Below, piece after piece: positions 47,816-61,941 of a stretch of DNA of 64,000 nucleotides. Source of the stretch: Lama guanicoe (Eukaryota); assembly GCA_013239625.1 (NCBI GenBank), contig MU053994.1:4321434-4385433 (forward strand). The letters run 5' to 3'. Under the pieces are notes generated by a model that saw nothing but the letters and a program-made list of their open reading frames with translations, had not been told where the DNA came from and did not search any database. The translations under genes were made by a program, and so were the position numbers. Numbering within the stretch: the first letter of the stretch is position 1; every line of letters starts with the position of its first letter.

Positions 47816-50419
47816 TAAATTTGATTAGGTTTCAGAACTTCTAGAGACCAAACACTGTGCAAACCAACAAAGTAGAATTATTGATATATTTATTCTTAGC
47901 CTTCTTGAAGTGGTTACCATGTCTTTTACCTGCTTAGTTTTATTTCCCACTTTGTCTAACAGGTAAAGGATATAGTGCAGCATGTTTCTATTTTGTTACT
48001 CTCAACAGCACAATGACTGTCAGTGCTACTAACTGGTTCCACAGAAGCTTTTACTGCTGCCTATAGTGGCAGAATGAATTATTGACGGGGTTAATCTTCT
48101 CCCAAATAATTTAGGCCTTATGCAATTTACAGCAGTAAGTTTCACAAGTGTGTAGTTACTACAAAAACCTCCCCTTTTGGCTTTCATAAAAGCTGTAGGA
48201 GACATTTGTTACCTTGTCCTGTCACCCTATGTAGTGTTAAATATAATAGCAATGGTTTAATGTCATAAAACACTGAGAAGGAAGTCTGCTGAGACTTGAA
48301 TATAATCAATTTATTCCAATTCTAGTTGAGGTGAAAATTTATTGCTAAATCGCCTTTTTTGAAAGCTGCTTTGGTTATTTAATATTGATCTCAAAATGAT
48401 TAAGAAGTGGAACCCTATTGATCTTTAAGCAACAGAAAAAAACCTTGTAATGAGAGTAAGAACCAGACTGCAAAAATTTTAGGTTATAGAAGTAGATTTT
48501 AATGGTCCCCATGAACTGCTAGAGTTGAATTTGCAACATAGTTCTTTTGCTTAGGTTAGAAATTCTCACAAGGTAAAAAGTCCAGTTTGTTAACTGTGGA
48601 ATGATATATAAATGTTGATATCTTTAAAGGGCCTGTAATATAGGTAGATTTGACTATGACCACCAATGATTTAGATCTAAAATCACTAACTCATCACTAA
48701 ATCTTAGAAAACTACTTTAGTGATGAAGGGGAAGGCATACGACGACTCTTCTTAATTCGCGCTTTCTGAATGATTTCCCGGTCATGCCATATCCTGGTAT
48801 TCTTTGAGCTAGAATGATCCGTATACACCTCCTGATGCTTTAAAGCTGTTTCATCTTACTTGGGGAGAAATATCAAAGAACTCATAGTGATATCTTGATG
48901 ATTCAGGTTAAAAAACCCTAAATTTTCCAGATAACTGAAATTTATTCCATTCATAAAACAGTCTGTTTTAGATGAAAACCTTTTCATAAATTTCCTTGCC
49001 TTTCTCTCCTCAAAGAAGTAAGTTTTTCGGGACCATTTCTGGCTTCTCAGATAAAGCTCTCCCCCATAAGGAGCATGTTTGTACAACGTTCTAAGCACCT
49101 GTGCTTCTCTATTTCCCCTACAAAATCCTCTTCATTCAATGACTAAGGATTTTCAAATAGGCTTTTGTGTTTTATTTTTATTTTTTTCTTGCATAAACAT
49201 TGGGCTCACTCTTTGGGAATAAATATGTTTTTCTCTTCTCCATTTTTATCCACAATCTTCCATTCTCCTGGACGCTATTCAGACCATATTTTTCAACGTC
49301 CCAGCACTAGCCAGGTACAGAAATTCTTATCCTAACCGGGACCCTTAACTTATAACAAATTCCACAACCACCCTAGCAATGACAATAAAGGAACTAATAC
49401 AAAAATTGGTCACATCATTTTATAATTCAATTCCCATTCTTTTGTATGATTTCCATTCCACCTGCTGAATTCCAAAAATCATTTTTTTCAAAGCAGCTGT
49501 TGGTTTGAACGAAATCTTTCTTTGCCACACTCTTCTAAATTTCAACACCAGTGATAAAATCTACCAGTAGAAATTTAGTTTCTTAAATTCGAAATTCTCA
49601 CCTTTCCTGAGCTACCCCATCTCTGTACAGGTATATACATTAATGTACCATTTATATTCAACTTGCTTTCTTGGGATGGACGAGTATAAATAAGGTAAAA
49701 ACTGAAGCTGAGAAAACAGAGTCAAAATTAAATGGTAGTTTTATGATAGTAATTTTACTCAATTTATAATGAAGATCTGAATTAAAGCTTCACGTTTCAT
49801 CTGAGATAAAAGGTATTAACATTTGTATCTTTGAGCCCTGTGTTGTATTAGCTATCACGAGTTTGAAGGTAAGGCTAGTAGAAGCTTTGTTTTTTCTTTT
49901 CAGAAAGCTTTAGTATAAAATTGGCCATACTCAGTGTTCCAGTTTCAAAGGACAAAAACAGCAGTGGCAATCTCCCCACTTGCTAATTAACATTTCATTA
50001 CCAGGCTCTAACATCCTGGCCATCCATTGTTTCCAATTCAAAAGGTGTGCTTTTTGCTTTCAAAAGGGTTTTATTCTTAAATTGAAAAGCAAAGTACATT
50101 TGGTTTCATTCAAAAATATCTGAAGAGGTACTTTATTATTTGGGGATTCATACATTGTCTATCTTTCTGTTCTTTATACTTATTAACAAATTCCTGCCAC
50201 TCTAAATCCTAGCGGTATTCAGATGCTCAATATAATTTTATTCACATTCTGTTAAATAAATATTAGCTTAAAATTGTAATACCAGTAATGCTGAATACAA
50301 TTCTAAGTGACTGCCAATCTAATAGTAAATATTTTACTTCTTTAAAATTCCCTTCTTCAGGTCTCTTTTTTTCAGCACCATATGCTATCACATGGACCAT
50401 CGAAAACCTTTCCAAGCTA

Positions 50420-50640
50420 GCATGGTATTTCACATTTTATTCAGTGGATTCTGATTTAAAGGACATCTTGATAAAGACTGCAGATGAGAGGAATCATTCA
50501 CAAAGACAGGAGATTATTTAAATGAATATTATGATTAGGAAGTACATTGATAAGGACATCAGAATTTGAGAGGTAGGAGAGTAACAAAACCTATTCAATA
50601 AACATCATTCACTTAAAGAGCATGAAGTTTTATTTTAATT
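50420..50640 (+). mobile_element. Possible L3/CR1 RT fragment
   Basis: Translates as ..DILIKTADE.., resembling the CR1 RT motif LIKFADD; highly degenerate. Confidence 0.35.
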
Positions 50641-51244
50641 TTAATGATTATAGCTTAATTCTCTGAAAGAGTTGAAAGAGAAGAAATCTAAGAAATCTTC
50701 ATCTTCATCCTATTGCTTCTCAAAGACAAGAGAAATAGGCAGTCTTTGAGGTCCAGGTTGGGAGGAACCATTCACGATTCTTGGAGGCTGCTACTCCCAG
50801 AGCCAGTCAGTCACCTGGAGAATCTGCAGGTCATTGGCCTCTCTGAGGCAGGCATCACTAAAACCCACACCAAAAGGTTTTGCTCCAGATCCCTCTTACT
50901 CTTGCTGAGGGTCCCAGCCTCTTTCTTGTGGAACCATTCTTTTTTTTGGTTGTATATTTTGCTCAAATAAAATGGCTTACTTTACAGGAAGTCATGTTGT
51001 CTCCAACATCAGTGTGAATGGCAATGACATTCTTGTCTTGGAAGCTCAGGTAGAGTCAGATGCTTTTGAATTTCTGAGAATAATATCCCTCCATTCTTTG
51101 TGTCTGGGGGGAGGGGGTGGGTGTTGTGGGTATGAGTATGTGTGTGTGTCTAACCACAGTGACCTCAGGACAAGTGAGAGGCTGGCAGTGAGAATTTGTG
51201 AGAGTAGAGGAGTGTAGGAGAGTGAGGAAAGAAGTCTTCTCAAA

Positions 51245-51567
51245 TAGATGCTACTGATGCCCCACTCCTATTCCGTCAAAGCATTTTAGTGCTGAACTTC
51301 TAACTGTCAGCACTTGAATTCCCTCGCTGAGAAAGTCCTCCAGTCTTCAGGGCCTGCTATGTCCACCTTTGGGACAGACTTGAAATGTCCTGGAGTCCTC
51401 CCTCACCCACACCACCTGCTAGATATAGACCTCAACCAATGATTGACAGGAGTTGGAGTGTAACTATGCCAGTTCCTTCATACTTCTGAAGATGAAGGTG
51501 AGGTACTTCTGAGCTGTCTATTCTACACTGTCTTCTGGAGTTTGCTAGTGGGCTTATGCTCCAGTTT
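51245..51567 (+). mobile_element. LTR16-like LTR fragment
   Basis: CCTCAACCAATGATTGACAGGAGTTGG...TTCTACACTGTCTTCTGGAGTTTGCTAGTGGG...GCTCCAGTT. Confidence 0.55.
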
Positions 51568-52210
51568 TATGAAAGTCCTGATCAATGTAATAGCATAACA
51601 AAATACACAAACAAAATAACAGGCAAAACTTTCAGAAAGGAAGGGGAAAACTATTATCTGCAGATATATACTTTACCTAAGAAAATCACCTGGACACTTT
51701 TAGAATTAAAGAATTCTATAAAATGTCAGGATGAAGATACACTTTCATACACATCAGAAAATACTATTGCAGTTAAAACATTAAATCAACAATAGTATTA
51801 ATATCATCGAACCCAAAAGGCACAGCTCTAACGTGAAAATGCAGGACCTCTATGGATGAGACTGAACAACAAAAATACAGTAATGTGTCATATTGCTGAA
51901 TGAGAGAATCAAATGTTTTAGTGATTGCATGTCTTACCAAATTCATTTAAAGGTTTAACTCAGTCTCAATCAAAATTCCTATATTTGTAAATAGGTTCAG
52001 TTACTTTAAAGTTTATCTGGAAGAGTAAATAGGAAAGAACAATTGAAAAAATATGAGAAAAATCATAAAAATTTGAAAATTTACCATAAAGCTACAGTAA
52101 TGGAGATGTGATATTGGACAAAAGGTAGACACATCATAGATCAATGGAATAGAATGGAAAGCCAAGAAGTAGACCCTAGGAAGGCCCAGAAATATAGTCA
52201 ACTGACTTTT

Positions 52211-54376
52211 CAATTGAAAGTTTTATGGAAATAATTATAAATCCACATGCAGTTACAAGAAATAATCCAGAGAGAACACTTTTACCCCTTTCCCAGTTTT
52301 TCTCAACAGAAACATTTCACAAAACTACAGCAAAATACTGCAACAAGAATACTAACATTAATACAATCTAATTAATCTTATCCAGATTTCCCCAGTTTTA
52401 CTTGTATTCATTTGTGTGTGTGTGTGTATTTAGTTCTTTACAAGTTAATTGTGTCTATAGGTTCATGTATCCACCACCATAGTCAAGATATAGAATAGAT
52501 TTTATTGTATGTATTTCTAAAAGTTTCATAGATTTATATTTTACATTTAAGTCCATGATCCAGTTTGAGTTAATTCTTGTATAAGATATGAGATTTATGT
52601 TAGGGTTCATTTTTTTCTTTGCCTATGGATACTCAATAGCTTATTTTATTTTTCTTTGTCAAGATTGTTTTATCTATTCTAGGGCTTAGTTATTTTCTAT
52701 ATAAATTTTGGAATAACTTTATCTATGTCTACAACAAGCTTTGCTAAAATTTTAATAGGAATGATTTTAAACCTATAGATCAGTTTAGGGAGACATGAAA
52801 TCTTTACAATGTTGAGTCTTCTAATCCAAGAACATGGCATATCTCTCCATTATCATATGACTTCTTTTATTAGCATTTTGTAATTTTCAGCATATAGATC
52901 CTGTATATGTTTTGTAAAATGTATACCTAGCAATTTCATTTCCTTTAAGAGATTGTGAATGGCATTGTGTTTTTAATTTTGGTTTCCTAATGTTCACTGT
53001 GCATATATGGAAATGCCATTGATGATTATGTGTTGATCTTATATCCTGCAATCCTGGAAAACAGACTTTTTTTTTGTAGATTTCTTTGGATTTCTACATA
53101 GAAAATCATGTTATCTGCAAATAGAGGTAGTTTTTCTTCCTTTCAATCTGTACGTCTTTTATTTATTTTCTTGCCTTATTGCAGTGACTAGAATTTTCAG
53201 TACTATGTTGAGTAATAGTGGTAAGAGTGGACATGATTACCTTGTTCTTGATATTAGGGAAAAGGCAGTGAGTCATTCAGCATTAAGTAGGATTTAGCTA
53301 TAGGTTTTTTGTAGATGCTCTTTATCAAGTCAAGACAATTCCTCTCTATTGTCTTGAGGTTTTTGTCATGAAGGGGTGTTGGAGTTTTTCAAATGCTTTT
53401 CTGTGTCAATTGATATGATTATTCCTTAGCCTGTTGATATGATAGATTACATTAACTTTTTTTAAACATTGAATCAGCCTTGCATACCTAGAGTAAATCC
53501 CATTTAGTCATGATATTTAATTCTTTTTATATGTTGTTGATTTGCTTTGCTAATGTTTTGTTGAGATTCTGCGTCTAAGTTTATGAGAGACATTGGTCTC
53601 AAGAGTACTTGTTTTGCATCATCATAGCCTGCAGAGTAGTGCTTGCCTCATAAAATGAGTTTGAAAATGTTCTCTCTTCTATTTTTTTGGAAGAGATTGT
53701 GTAAAATTGTTGTTGACTCTTATTTAAATGAATTCTGCAGCAAAAGCTTCTTTGCCTGGGAATTTTTCTTTCTAGACCTTTTAAATTATGAATTCATTCT
53801 TCAATGGCTATGAGTCTATTCAAATTATCTGTTTCATCTTGGTTGAATTGTGGTTCTCTTTTGCCAGTGCCCTCAGCTACTCTAGTGTCTCTGGGTCAGG
53901 GAGGGGAGTCTCAAGTCCATGGGAACAAAGAGGTTTCCCAGATCTGGCCACTTGTTGTGGCCACTTGTTTTGCCTACCTCGGTATCCCTCGGTGGAAGGA
54001 GGAGTCTCAGTCTGTCTCAACAGGGACGGAGAGTGTTTATCATTAGAAGGCCTCCCAGCAAGCCTCCTTGACAGTGATGCCATGTTCACCTCATATTCTA
54101 AAAGAGACTCCTGTTCCATTCAGGGCTGCCTTCTTTTCCTAGGTTGGAGGTTGGGAAATGCTGGGCCTGACTCAACCTCAATTAGATGTATGGATATAAG
54201 ATGCCTGGCCACTGTGAAGTTTTTCTACTCTTGAGATTTCAAATCAGCCTTCTTCTTACCACCTTGCAAGGTTCTCTTTTGGTTGTTTCTTGTGTTATTT
54301 CCAGGGTTTATAATTGTACTTGGTTGGGAGGAGTAGGGAGAAATGGATCTACACTATTTTAACAGACTGGAGATCC
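52211..54376 (-). mobile_element. Antisense L1M (L1MD-like) inserted into the L1 above
   Basis: 3' end motif CACATGCAGTTACAAGAAATAAT; antisense ORF2; TSD CAACTGA(C/T)TTTT at 52199-52210 and 54377-54388. Confidence 0.7.
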
Positions 54377-55835
54377 CAACTGATTTTTGACAATGGTGCA
54401 AAAGCAATTCAATGGAATGATATTCTCAACAATGGTCCATATAGTAGCTGTCCACATGTAAAAAGAAAGAAAGAAAGAGAGAAAGGAAGGAAGAAAGGAA
54501 GAAAGGAAGAAAAGAAAAAGAAGGAAAGAAAGAAAACAAAAGATTACCTTGATACATAACTCAAACTTCATACAAAAATTAACTCAAGTGGATCACAGAT
54601 CTATGAAATATAAAACCATCAAACTTCTAGAAAATGACATGGAAGAAGTCTACACGTCCTTGGGTTCAGCACTGAGTTTTCCAATACAAGACCAAAAGCA
54701 CAATCCATGAAAGAAAAAAATTATAAATAGACCCTAACAAAATTAAAAATGGTTGCTCTCGTAAAGATTGTTAAGAGAGTCAAAAGACAAGCCACACACA
54801 AGGAAAAAATTCTTGCAAATCACATATATAACCCAGGACTTTATCCAGCACATAAAAGCATTAAAACTCATCAATAAAAAATGACAGACAATATATTGAT
54901 GACTGCAGGTCATTACACATTTGTCTAAATCCATAGAATACACAACACCGAGAGTGAACCCCAGTGTAAACTATGGACTTTGGATGATTATGATATGTCA
55001 ATGTAGGTTCATCGATTGTAACAAATGTACCACTCTGGTAGGGGATGCTGATAATGGGAGAGGCTATTCATTTGTGGGGGCAGTGGGCATATGGGAAATC
55101 TCGGTACACTCCTCTTAATTTTGCTGTTAACCTAAAATTGTTCCAAGTCTTAAAAAAGTGAAAATACAGGAAAAAGATCTGAAGTGGAGATATATCACTA
55201 AAAAAAGATATATGAATGGAAAGTAAGCATATAAAAAGTTACTCAACATCATTTGTCACTGGGAAATATAAATTAAAAGAACAATAAGATACCACTATGC
55301 ACCTATTAAAATGGCTTAAATTTAAAAAAAAATGACAAAACCAAATGCTGACAATGATGGAGAGCAACAGGAACACTCACTTATTGCTGATGGGAATCCA
55401 AAATGATACAGACACTTTGAACAACAATTTGGGAGTTTCTCACAAAGTTAAATATAGACTTACTATATGACCCAGAAATCTCACTACTAGGTACGTACCC
55501 AAGCGAACTGAAAACTTATTTCAGAGAAAAATAACTGTACACAAATGTTTACATAAGCTTTGTTTATAATTTTCCCAAATGGTAAGCAACTGAGATGTAC
55601 TCCAGAAAGTAAAATGCATAAACAAACTGAGGTACATTCATAGAATAGAATAAAATTCAACAACAGAAAGGAATGAGCTACTGATTTATGCAGAGATGTG
55701 GATGCCTCTTAAATGCATTTTGCTAAGTGGAAGAAGAAAGACTTGAAAGATTTCATTCATATTACATTATAGAAAAGATAAAACTCTAGAAACAGAAAAT
55801 AGACCAGTGGTTGCTGGGTGTAGTAGATTAAATGA

Positions 55836-56257
55836 TGTAATGGTCAGGGCTCTCCAGAGAAATAGGACCAATAGGGGGGAGAGAGACAGAGACTATAAGA
55901 AATTGACTCATATGATTATAAAGGGTGGCAAGTGCCAAGATCTGCAGTCAGTAGGATGGAGACCCAGGAAGAGCCAATGTTTCAGTTTGAGTTTGAAGGC
56001 AGGAAAAACATTATGTCCCTATTTGAAGGCATACAGGCAGAAAAAATTCTCCCTTATTCAGCCTTTTGTTCTCCGTAGGCCATTAATTGATTGAATGAGG
56101 CCCATTCACATTAAGGTGGGCAATCTGCTTTACTCAGACTACAAATTCAAATGTTACTTTTATCCAGAAACACCCTCGTAGACACCCTCAGAATTTGCAC
56201 CAAATAGTTGGGCACTTCTTGACCTAGTCAAGTTGACACATAAAATTAACCATCACA
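55836..56257 (-). mobile_element. MLT2 solo LTR
   Basis: GGTCAGGGCTCTCCAGAGA...GGGCAATCTGCTTTACTC...GTCAAGTTGACACATAAAATTAACCATCACA. Confidence 0.85.
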
Positions 56258-56406
56258 AGCACCTACTGTATAGCACAAGGAACTATATTTAATATCTTGT
56301 AATAACCGACAATGGAAAAGAATCTGAAAAAGAAAAAAAATATCTGAATCACTTTGCTGTACACCTGAAACTAATACAACATTGGAAATTAATCATACTC
56401 AAATAA
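56258..56406 (+). mobile_element. Young L1 3' tail
   Basis: CCTACTGTATAGCACAAGGAACTATATT...CTGAATCACTTTGCTGTACACCTGAAAC; TSD AAAATTAACCATCACA/AAAATTAACCACCATA. Confidence 0.85.
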
Positions 56407-57038
56407 AAAATTAACCACCATACATGGTATTCCATCAAAAAAAGATGTTTGAGTCTTAACCCCGAGTACCTATGAATGTGACTTTATTTTGGAAATAAGA
56501 TATTTGTAGATGTGATTGAATTGAGTTCTTAAGATGATATCATCATCCTGGATTTAAGGTAGGCCCTGAATCCAATGACTGGTGTTTTAAAAAAGAGAAG
56601 GAAGAAAGAGATTTGAGATACAGAGATACAGACACACAGAGAAGAGAGCCATGTGTAGCATGGGCAGAGGTTGGAGTTATGCAACAATAAGCCAAGGAAC
56701 ACAAAGGTTGCTGATAGCTACCAAAAGCTAGGAGAGAAGCAGGGAACAGATTCTCCCTTAGAGCCTCCAGAAGGAGCCAACCCAGCTAACACCTTGATTT
56801 TAGACTTTCGGCTTCCACAACTGTGAGGAAATGAATCTTTGTTGTTTTAAGCCACCATCTGGTAATTTGTTACAGCAGCCACAGGAAACTACAACACCAG
56901 GGGTTGGGGGAGTAGTCATTAGTTGACTGCAAAGAGAAGACATAGGAGAAGCTTTAGGGGATGAATCTGGTTTGTATGGTACTCGGATAATAGAGGCATG
57001 TCTCTATGCATTTGTCAAAACCTATAGAAATGTACAAC

Positions 57039-57430
57039 TATTAGAGGAAGTAATCAGGAGGTGAATACTGGTTGACCATTAAGCTGGACCCAGGCAATCA
57101 AAGGCTCCTCATCCCCTCCCCAGTCCTTGAAATGTATGCTCTGTCAACCATTCACACAGTAGGAGCTATTCCAAGGACACAGCCTTAAGGGAGTAAGGTG
57201 TTGAGACTATTTGGATGCTATACATCATTGAGCCCAGTTCAGGCCTCTATATAAACTTTAAGATTCTGGCAGGTGGATGCATAGATTTCCTTGTCTTACC
57301 GCCACCCAAGACAACCCTTGTAAGTTCCCTTACTTATTAAAACTGCCACCTACCAGTGTAGAGTGGCCTGCCTCTTTCTTTGGTATCTCCCTGCCCTCTA
57401 TGTACAGGGCCAGTTTTTAAAACAACAACA
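57039..57430 (+). mobile_element. Solo ERV LTR, same family as 1130-1517
   Basis: TATATAAA box, ATTAAA signal, ends CA; ACAAC repeated at 57034-57038 and 57431-57435. Confidence 0.8.
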
Positions 57431-60400
57431 ACAACACAAAGAATAAAGTTTAATGTTGCAATGCAGATTGTGATAAATCTGTATTACAGGACTACAAACA
57501 TATGACATAAGCTCACTTAAGTGGCTAGGGGAAAAAAAAGAACTGGCCTAAGTAATTTTTTGGAAAACAGTGTTTTGACTGACAACTGTAAGGCTGTCAG
57601 GAAGGAACTGTGACAAAAGGTTGACAAAAGGAACTGTGTGTAAGCATTGTACTCTGGTTAATGTGTTAATCTCATAAGGGTATGTGTTAACAATTCTAAA
57701 ACTTCTTCATATGTGTACTGTAACTGAACAAATAAATAAATGGATAGTGTAAGGTGGGAGTTAAGTTTCTCACTGTTGGTGAGAGAAATAACTGAAGTGC
57801 AGAAGACTAGAATGATCCATGGACTAATGGATTAGAGTTGGAGATTAGAGTATGAACTCATGCTTAAGCTTAATATAGACATAGATAAAGACAGAAACAA
57901 TCATGGCTATGCATGTACATGGGTGGGAACACATGTATATGCTTTCTAGCTCTGTCCATTGAGAGGGTCCAGAAGCAATGAGACCCTGGTAGGAACAAGC
58001 AAATCCAGAGCCCCCATCTTGGTTTTTAAGACCATTTTTCAATAAAAAGAACCAGAGTTACTTGTGGAAATAGCTGGTTCTAGGGCTACGGCAGGGAAAT
58101 ACAAAATGAACCTACAGCGTCTTGTAATACCAGAAAGTAAGGACGAACTCAAAAACCAAAAGTATGAAGGCATGTCAAAGCGACACAGGAATCAATCTAG
58201 AAGAGTTCCCAATGGCCGCAAGTGGGACAATCTGAACAACAATATAAGTAATCTAGTTTAGGATTATAGCCCAAACAACAAAATAGATATGTGTCCTTAA
58301 TGATATAAGTAAGCAATTGAATAAATAAATAAATGGTGCAGAAGAGACAAATCTTCCTTATAGAAGAGTTCCAAATACTATTATGTAGATGCTCTTCACT
58401 CTAGGATGTGATTAATTCTACTTCACTCTTCTTCGGCGATTGAGTGTGGCTTGGCCTTACTGACTCACTTCCAAAAAATAGAGTATTGAAAAGAGGAAAA
58501 TAGTAACTTTATAGCAATACTACCTTAAGCAACTAGGTTAACATGACCAGTTATTAGTCAGGTTGTTAATATTGTGTGCTCTTTGATATGACAAAATGAG
58601 GAGAGGACTTTGTGTCTATGCGATTTTTCCTCCAAACCCACCACCCCAATCTAATCATGGGGAGAACATGAGAAAAACCCAAATACAGAGACAGCCCACA
58701 AAATAGCTGACCATTAATCCTTAAAACTCTCACAGTCATTAAAAAAATAAGAAAACTTTGAAACTGTTATAAACTAGAGGAGACTAAAGAGACATGACAA
58801 TCAAATAAAACACAGTATTGTGGATTGAATTCCATAACAGAGAAAGAACATTCATGGGAAAACTGGTGCAACCTGAATAAAATCTAGAGTTCAGTTAAAA
58901 AAATCATGAAGGTACTAAGTCATAAAATATACCCTTTATCAGCAATATGAACCACCATTAATTTAGCCTCAGTGAATTTTAATTTAATGTTATAAACTCT
59001 ATTATCAAATATTTACCAATAAAAATTCTATAGTGTTCTTAAAGAACTTCATACATCAGAGTTATTAACCAAAATAATACTAAAATTTATATTTCTTGGA
59101 CTAAAAAGAACATTTCCACTGGCTGCAAAGGAGAATATTCACCTCGCTTTCAGGTTGGTGTCTTATCCCTATTTCTCATTTTCTCTCTCTCTCTCTGGGG
59201 GTTTTTCTCATTTTCTTTTCATATACCTCTTATTTCCTCTTTTTCCTGTTGTGTTTGCTCCCTTGGACACTCTACTCTGCCTTATAATGTCATTTTATTT
59301 ATTAGATGAGTGACTTCTTCTAGAATTACATAAATAGTGTCATCACCAAAGATTTTTCTGCCTCTCATTTGTTGCTGTGAATCCAGAATTCCATTATTGA
59401 GGACTGCTGAGCACAACAGATGTTATTATCTGCAGGGAAAGCAAGGAGAACCTTTGAAATCGCATAGGCATATTTCTTTGCATTTCACGCACTTGCAAAG
59501 AATGCAAATGATTGAAAAAATGGAAAAATAAATTTGCAATGTATTTAAATGTATTTGCTAGTCACCTGGTGGAGGATTAGATAGAAAGGCCTGGGAGTAG
59601 AGGAAGCCTTTTCCTACTTGCCTGTTGTCTGCTGTGATCTTCTTTGTTCCATTTTTTTCCTTCTATGAAATAAGCAGTGAGGTGATTTTGACAAAGAACC
59701 TCTGTGTCTCAACTATACTATATAATGCAATCCCTGGTAAGCATGCTTCATCCTATGGCTCCCAGGCTCCTATTTATTGTTCCTCAGGCACATTCTTAAG
59801 AGACAAAAAGTAAATGTTTTTTTTTTTTTTAAACAAACTGAAAATTTCAGTTCAATTGCAGTCTAAAAATATATAAAGAAACTTAATCTTGATTATCTGG
59901 ATGAGTACTTTGTCATCACCTAGTACTGCCAAACAGTTCCAGGAACCAAAATTGTTTATGATTATATTCACAAGGAAAGGCCAAGTATATTAGTACCTGC
60001 TGCATGAAGGGCTTTTTACAGAGGTTCAAATGGAGACCTGAGTCATCAAAGAGCTCTCAGAGTACAAGTCTCATCAAACAAAAAGAGTAAGAGCCAATAC
60101 AGTCAGGATTATTTCAAAATACCAATGAATACATTGTGCAATCTTTTTTTACATAAGAAAAAGGCAAAAATAGGTAAGTAGTAACCCTGCAGTAACTTAT
60201 TTTTAATTTTTCAGTATTGGATTTTGGAGTACAGTATTAAATTGACTATACCATCAAAGTAAAGGATTGGTGATTTAAAATTAAATCAGTGTTAAAACTG
60301 AAAAGTTGCATTAGTAGCAATAGCAATGAGACAGATGATGGCCCAATGTAAAAAGAATCAATTAAATGTAAAAGAATCAATTAAACAAAAATAATGACAT

Positions 60401-61269
60401 ATTCAAATACGTCAGCCTGTTTTCATCAAAACCAACGTCACCAATTTAGTTCTGGGGAAACATCCTTGATCATATTAATATTTTTAGTTTATTTTATTTT
60501 GTATTTTTATTTATATTTATAACTCATTATTGTTTTACAAATGAAAAGGCTTCTATTTAGCTTTGGGGCTACACATATTTTAGCAGTGCTTCCAGTAATG
60601 AAATTAAATCAAGGATGTGAGAATGAGTAAAAGATGCTTCAGGACACTGGAGAGATTAAGGAGCGTGGAGGTTAGATAAGCCCAAGGGTGACATAATCAG
60701 TAATTTCAGGGAAGAGACAACTAGATAGAGGAGACTGAATTCAACAGAGTAAGAAATAAGAAGCCAGTGACAGAAAATTAATCCAGCATTGTTATACTGA
60801 AAGGAGTGGAGTGGGGAGAGCAAAGAGCCTCGGAAGAATGATGGTTCAGAAATTGGGACACAAGGTGCTAGAGATCTGACCTAGGATAATGACAAAAATA
60901 ATGGAGAGAGACATTCTGAAATAAAATAAAACATAGTGATTGCACCATGAAGTTACCTAGAATATAAACATAATTACTCCGATTTGATCTTTGGCTTTTT
61001 TTTTTTCTTTTCCACAGAGAAAGAGATAGTCATCCTGGAGCCAAAGCAAGACTTCAGGACTAAAAGACCAGGGATTTAGTGCTGGATCAGATACCTACTT
61101 AATGTCATTCATATAGTCTTTGTGGTCTCAGTTACCTCATCTATGAAGAAAATGGATTAGCTGAAAAGGTGGCTGTCAAATACCATTTCCTCGCCCCTAC
61201 TATTGAAATCTTTTATTCTAAGATACCAGACATCTTCCATAACACTAAAAAAGTTGAGGAAGATAAAAG

Positions 61270-61880
61270 CAGCCCAGAAGTTTCATAAAAATTTCAACAT
61301 GCAGCTACCAAATGGCCCAGCCATTTCACTCCCAGGTATTTATCCAAGAAAAATGAAAGTAAATGTCAGTACAGAGACTCGCATGAGAATTTTATAGCAG
61401 CTTCATTTGTAATAGCCAAAAATCAGAGACAACCAAGATGTCCACCAACAGATAAATAAATAAATAAATAAATAGTGGCATGTCCATACAAAGAAATACT
61501 CTTTAGCAATAAACAGGGCTTTTCTATCTATACACACAACATGAGTGAATCTCAAAATAACAATGCTTAGTGAAAGAAGTCCAACAAAAGGGAGTATATA
61601 TTGTATGATTCCATTTATAAAACTAGCAAATGCTAACTATTTTATACATGACAAACATTAGATCAGTGGTTGCTGTGGATGGGTGGAGAGATGAGGGGAA
61701 GGAGGAATTACAAAAGGGCACCCTGAAAACTTTTGGGGGTGGTGATGGATATATTTACTATCTTGATTGTGGTGATGATTTCAAGGATGTATATATGTCA
61801 AAATTTATGAAAATTTACACATTAAATATGCATAGTTTGGGTACCAATTATATCTCAATAAAGATGTTCTTAAAAAGAAA
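61270..61880 (+). mobile_element. L1MB/ME-type 3' end
   Basis: CCCAGCCATTTCACTCCCAGGTATTTATCCAAG...TATCTTGATTGTGGTGATG...ATCTCAATAAAG. Confidence 0.85.
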
Positions 61881-61941
61881 TAGAGCAATCCTGACAATTG
61901 ACACCTGAAAGTTGGTCTAGTTGCTTCCAATTAGGTCATGG

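Larger units (their letters stand above)
55819..56896 (+). mobile_element. MLT1 (C/D-like) LTR interrupted by MLT2 and L1
   Basis: TGTAGTAGATTAAATG...TATGAATGTGACTTTATTTTGGAAATAAG...GATTCTCCCTTAGAGCCTCCAGAAGGA...GGTAATTTGTTACAGCAGCCACAGGAAACTACAACA. Confidence 0.85.
51570..58900 (+). mobile_element. Long old L1M/L1MC element (ORF2 to 3' UTR) fragmented by several insertions
   Basis: AGATCAATGGAATAGAAT, CAACTGATTTTTGACAATGGTGCAAAAGCAATTCAATGG, ATACAAAAATTAACTCAA, and L1MC 3' UTR motifs through 58900. Confidence 0.7.

Noticed and set aside
48720..49620. Endogenous viral element or transposase on the minus strand
   Set aside because: The translations I tried have multiple stops and no recognisable motif; not supportable without a homology search.
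1130..57430. Two related LTRs as the ends of one provirus
   Set aside because: They are 56 kb apart, clearly diverged, each has its own flanking duplication, and no matching internal gag/pol sequence lies between them.
60022..60173. Candidate exon (TTTTTACAG...AG/GTAAGT) with one open frame
   Set aside because: The pyrimidine tract is weak, the peptide is unrecognised and there are no partner exons; compatible with chance.
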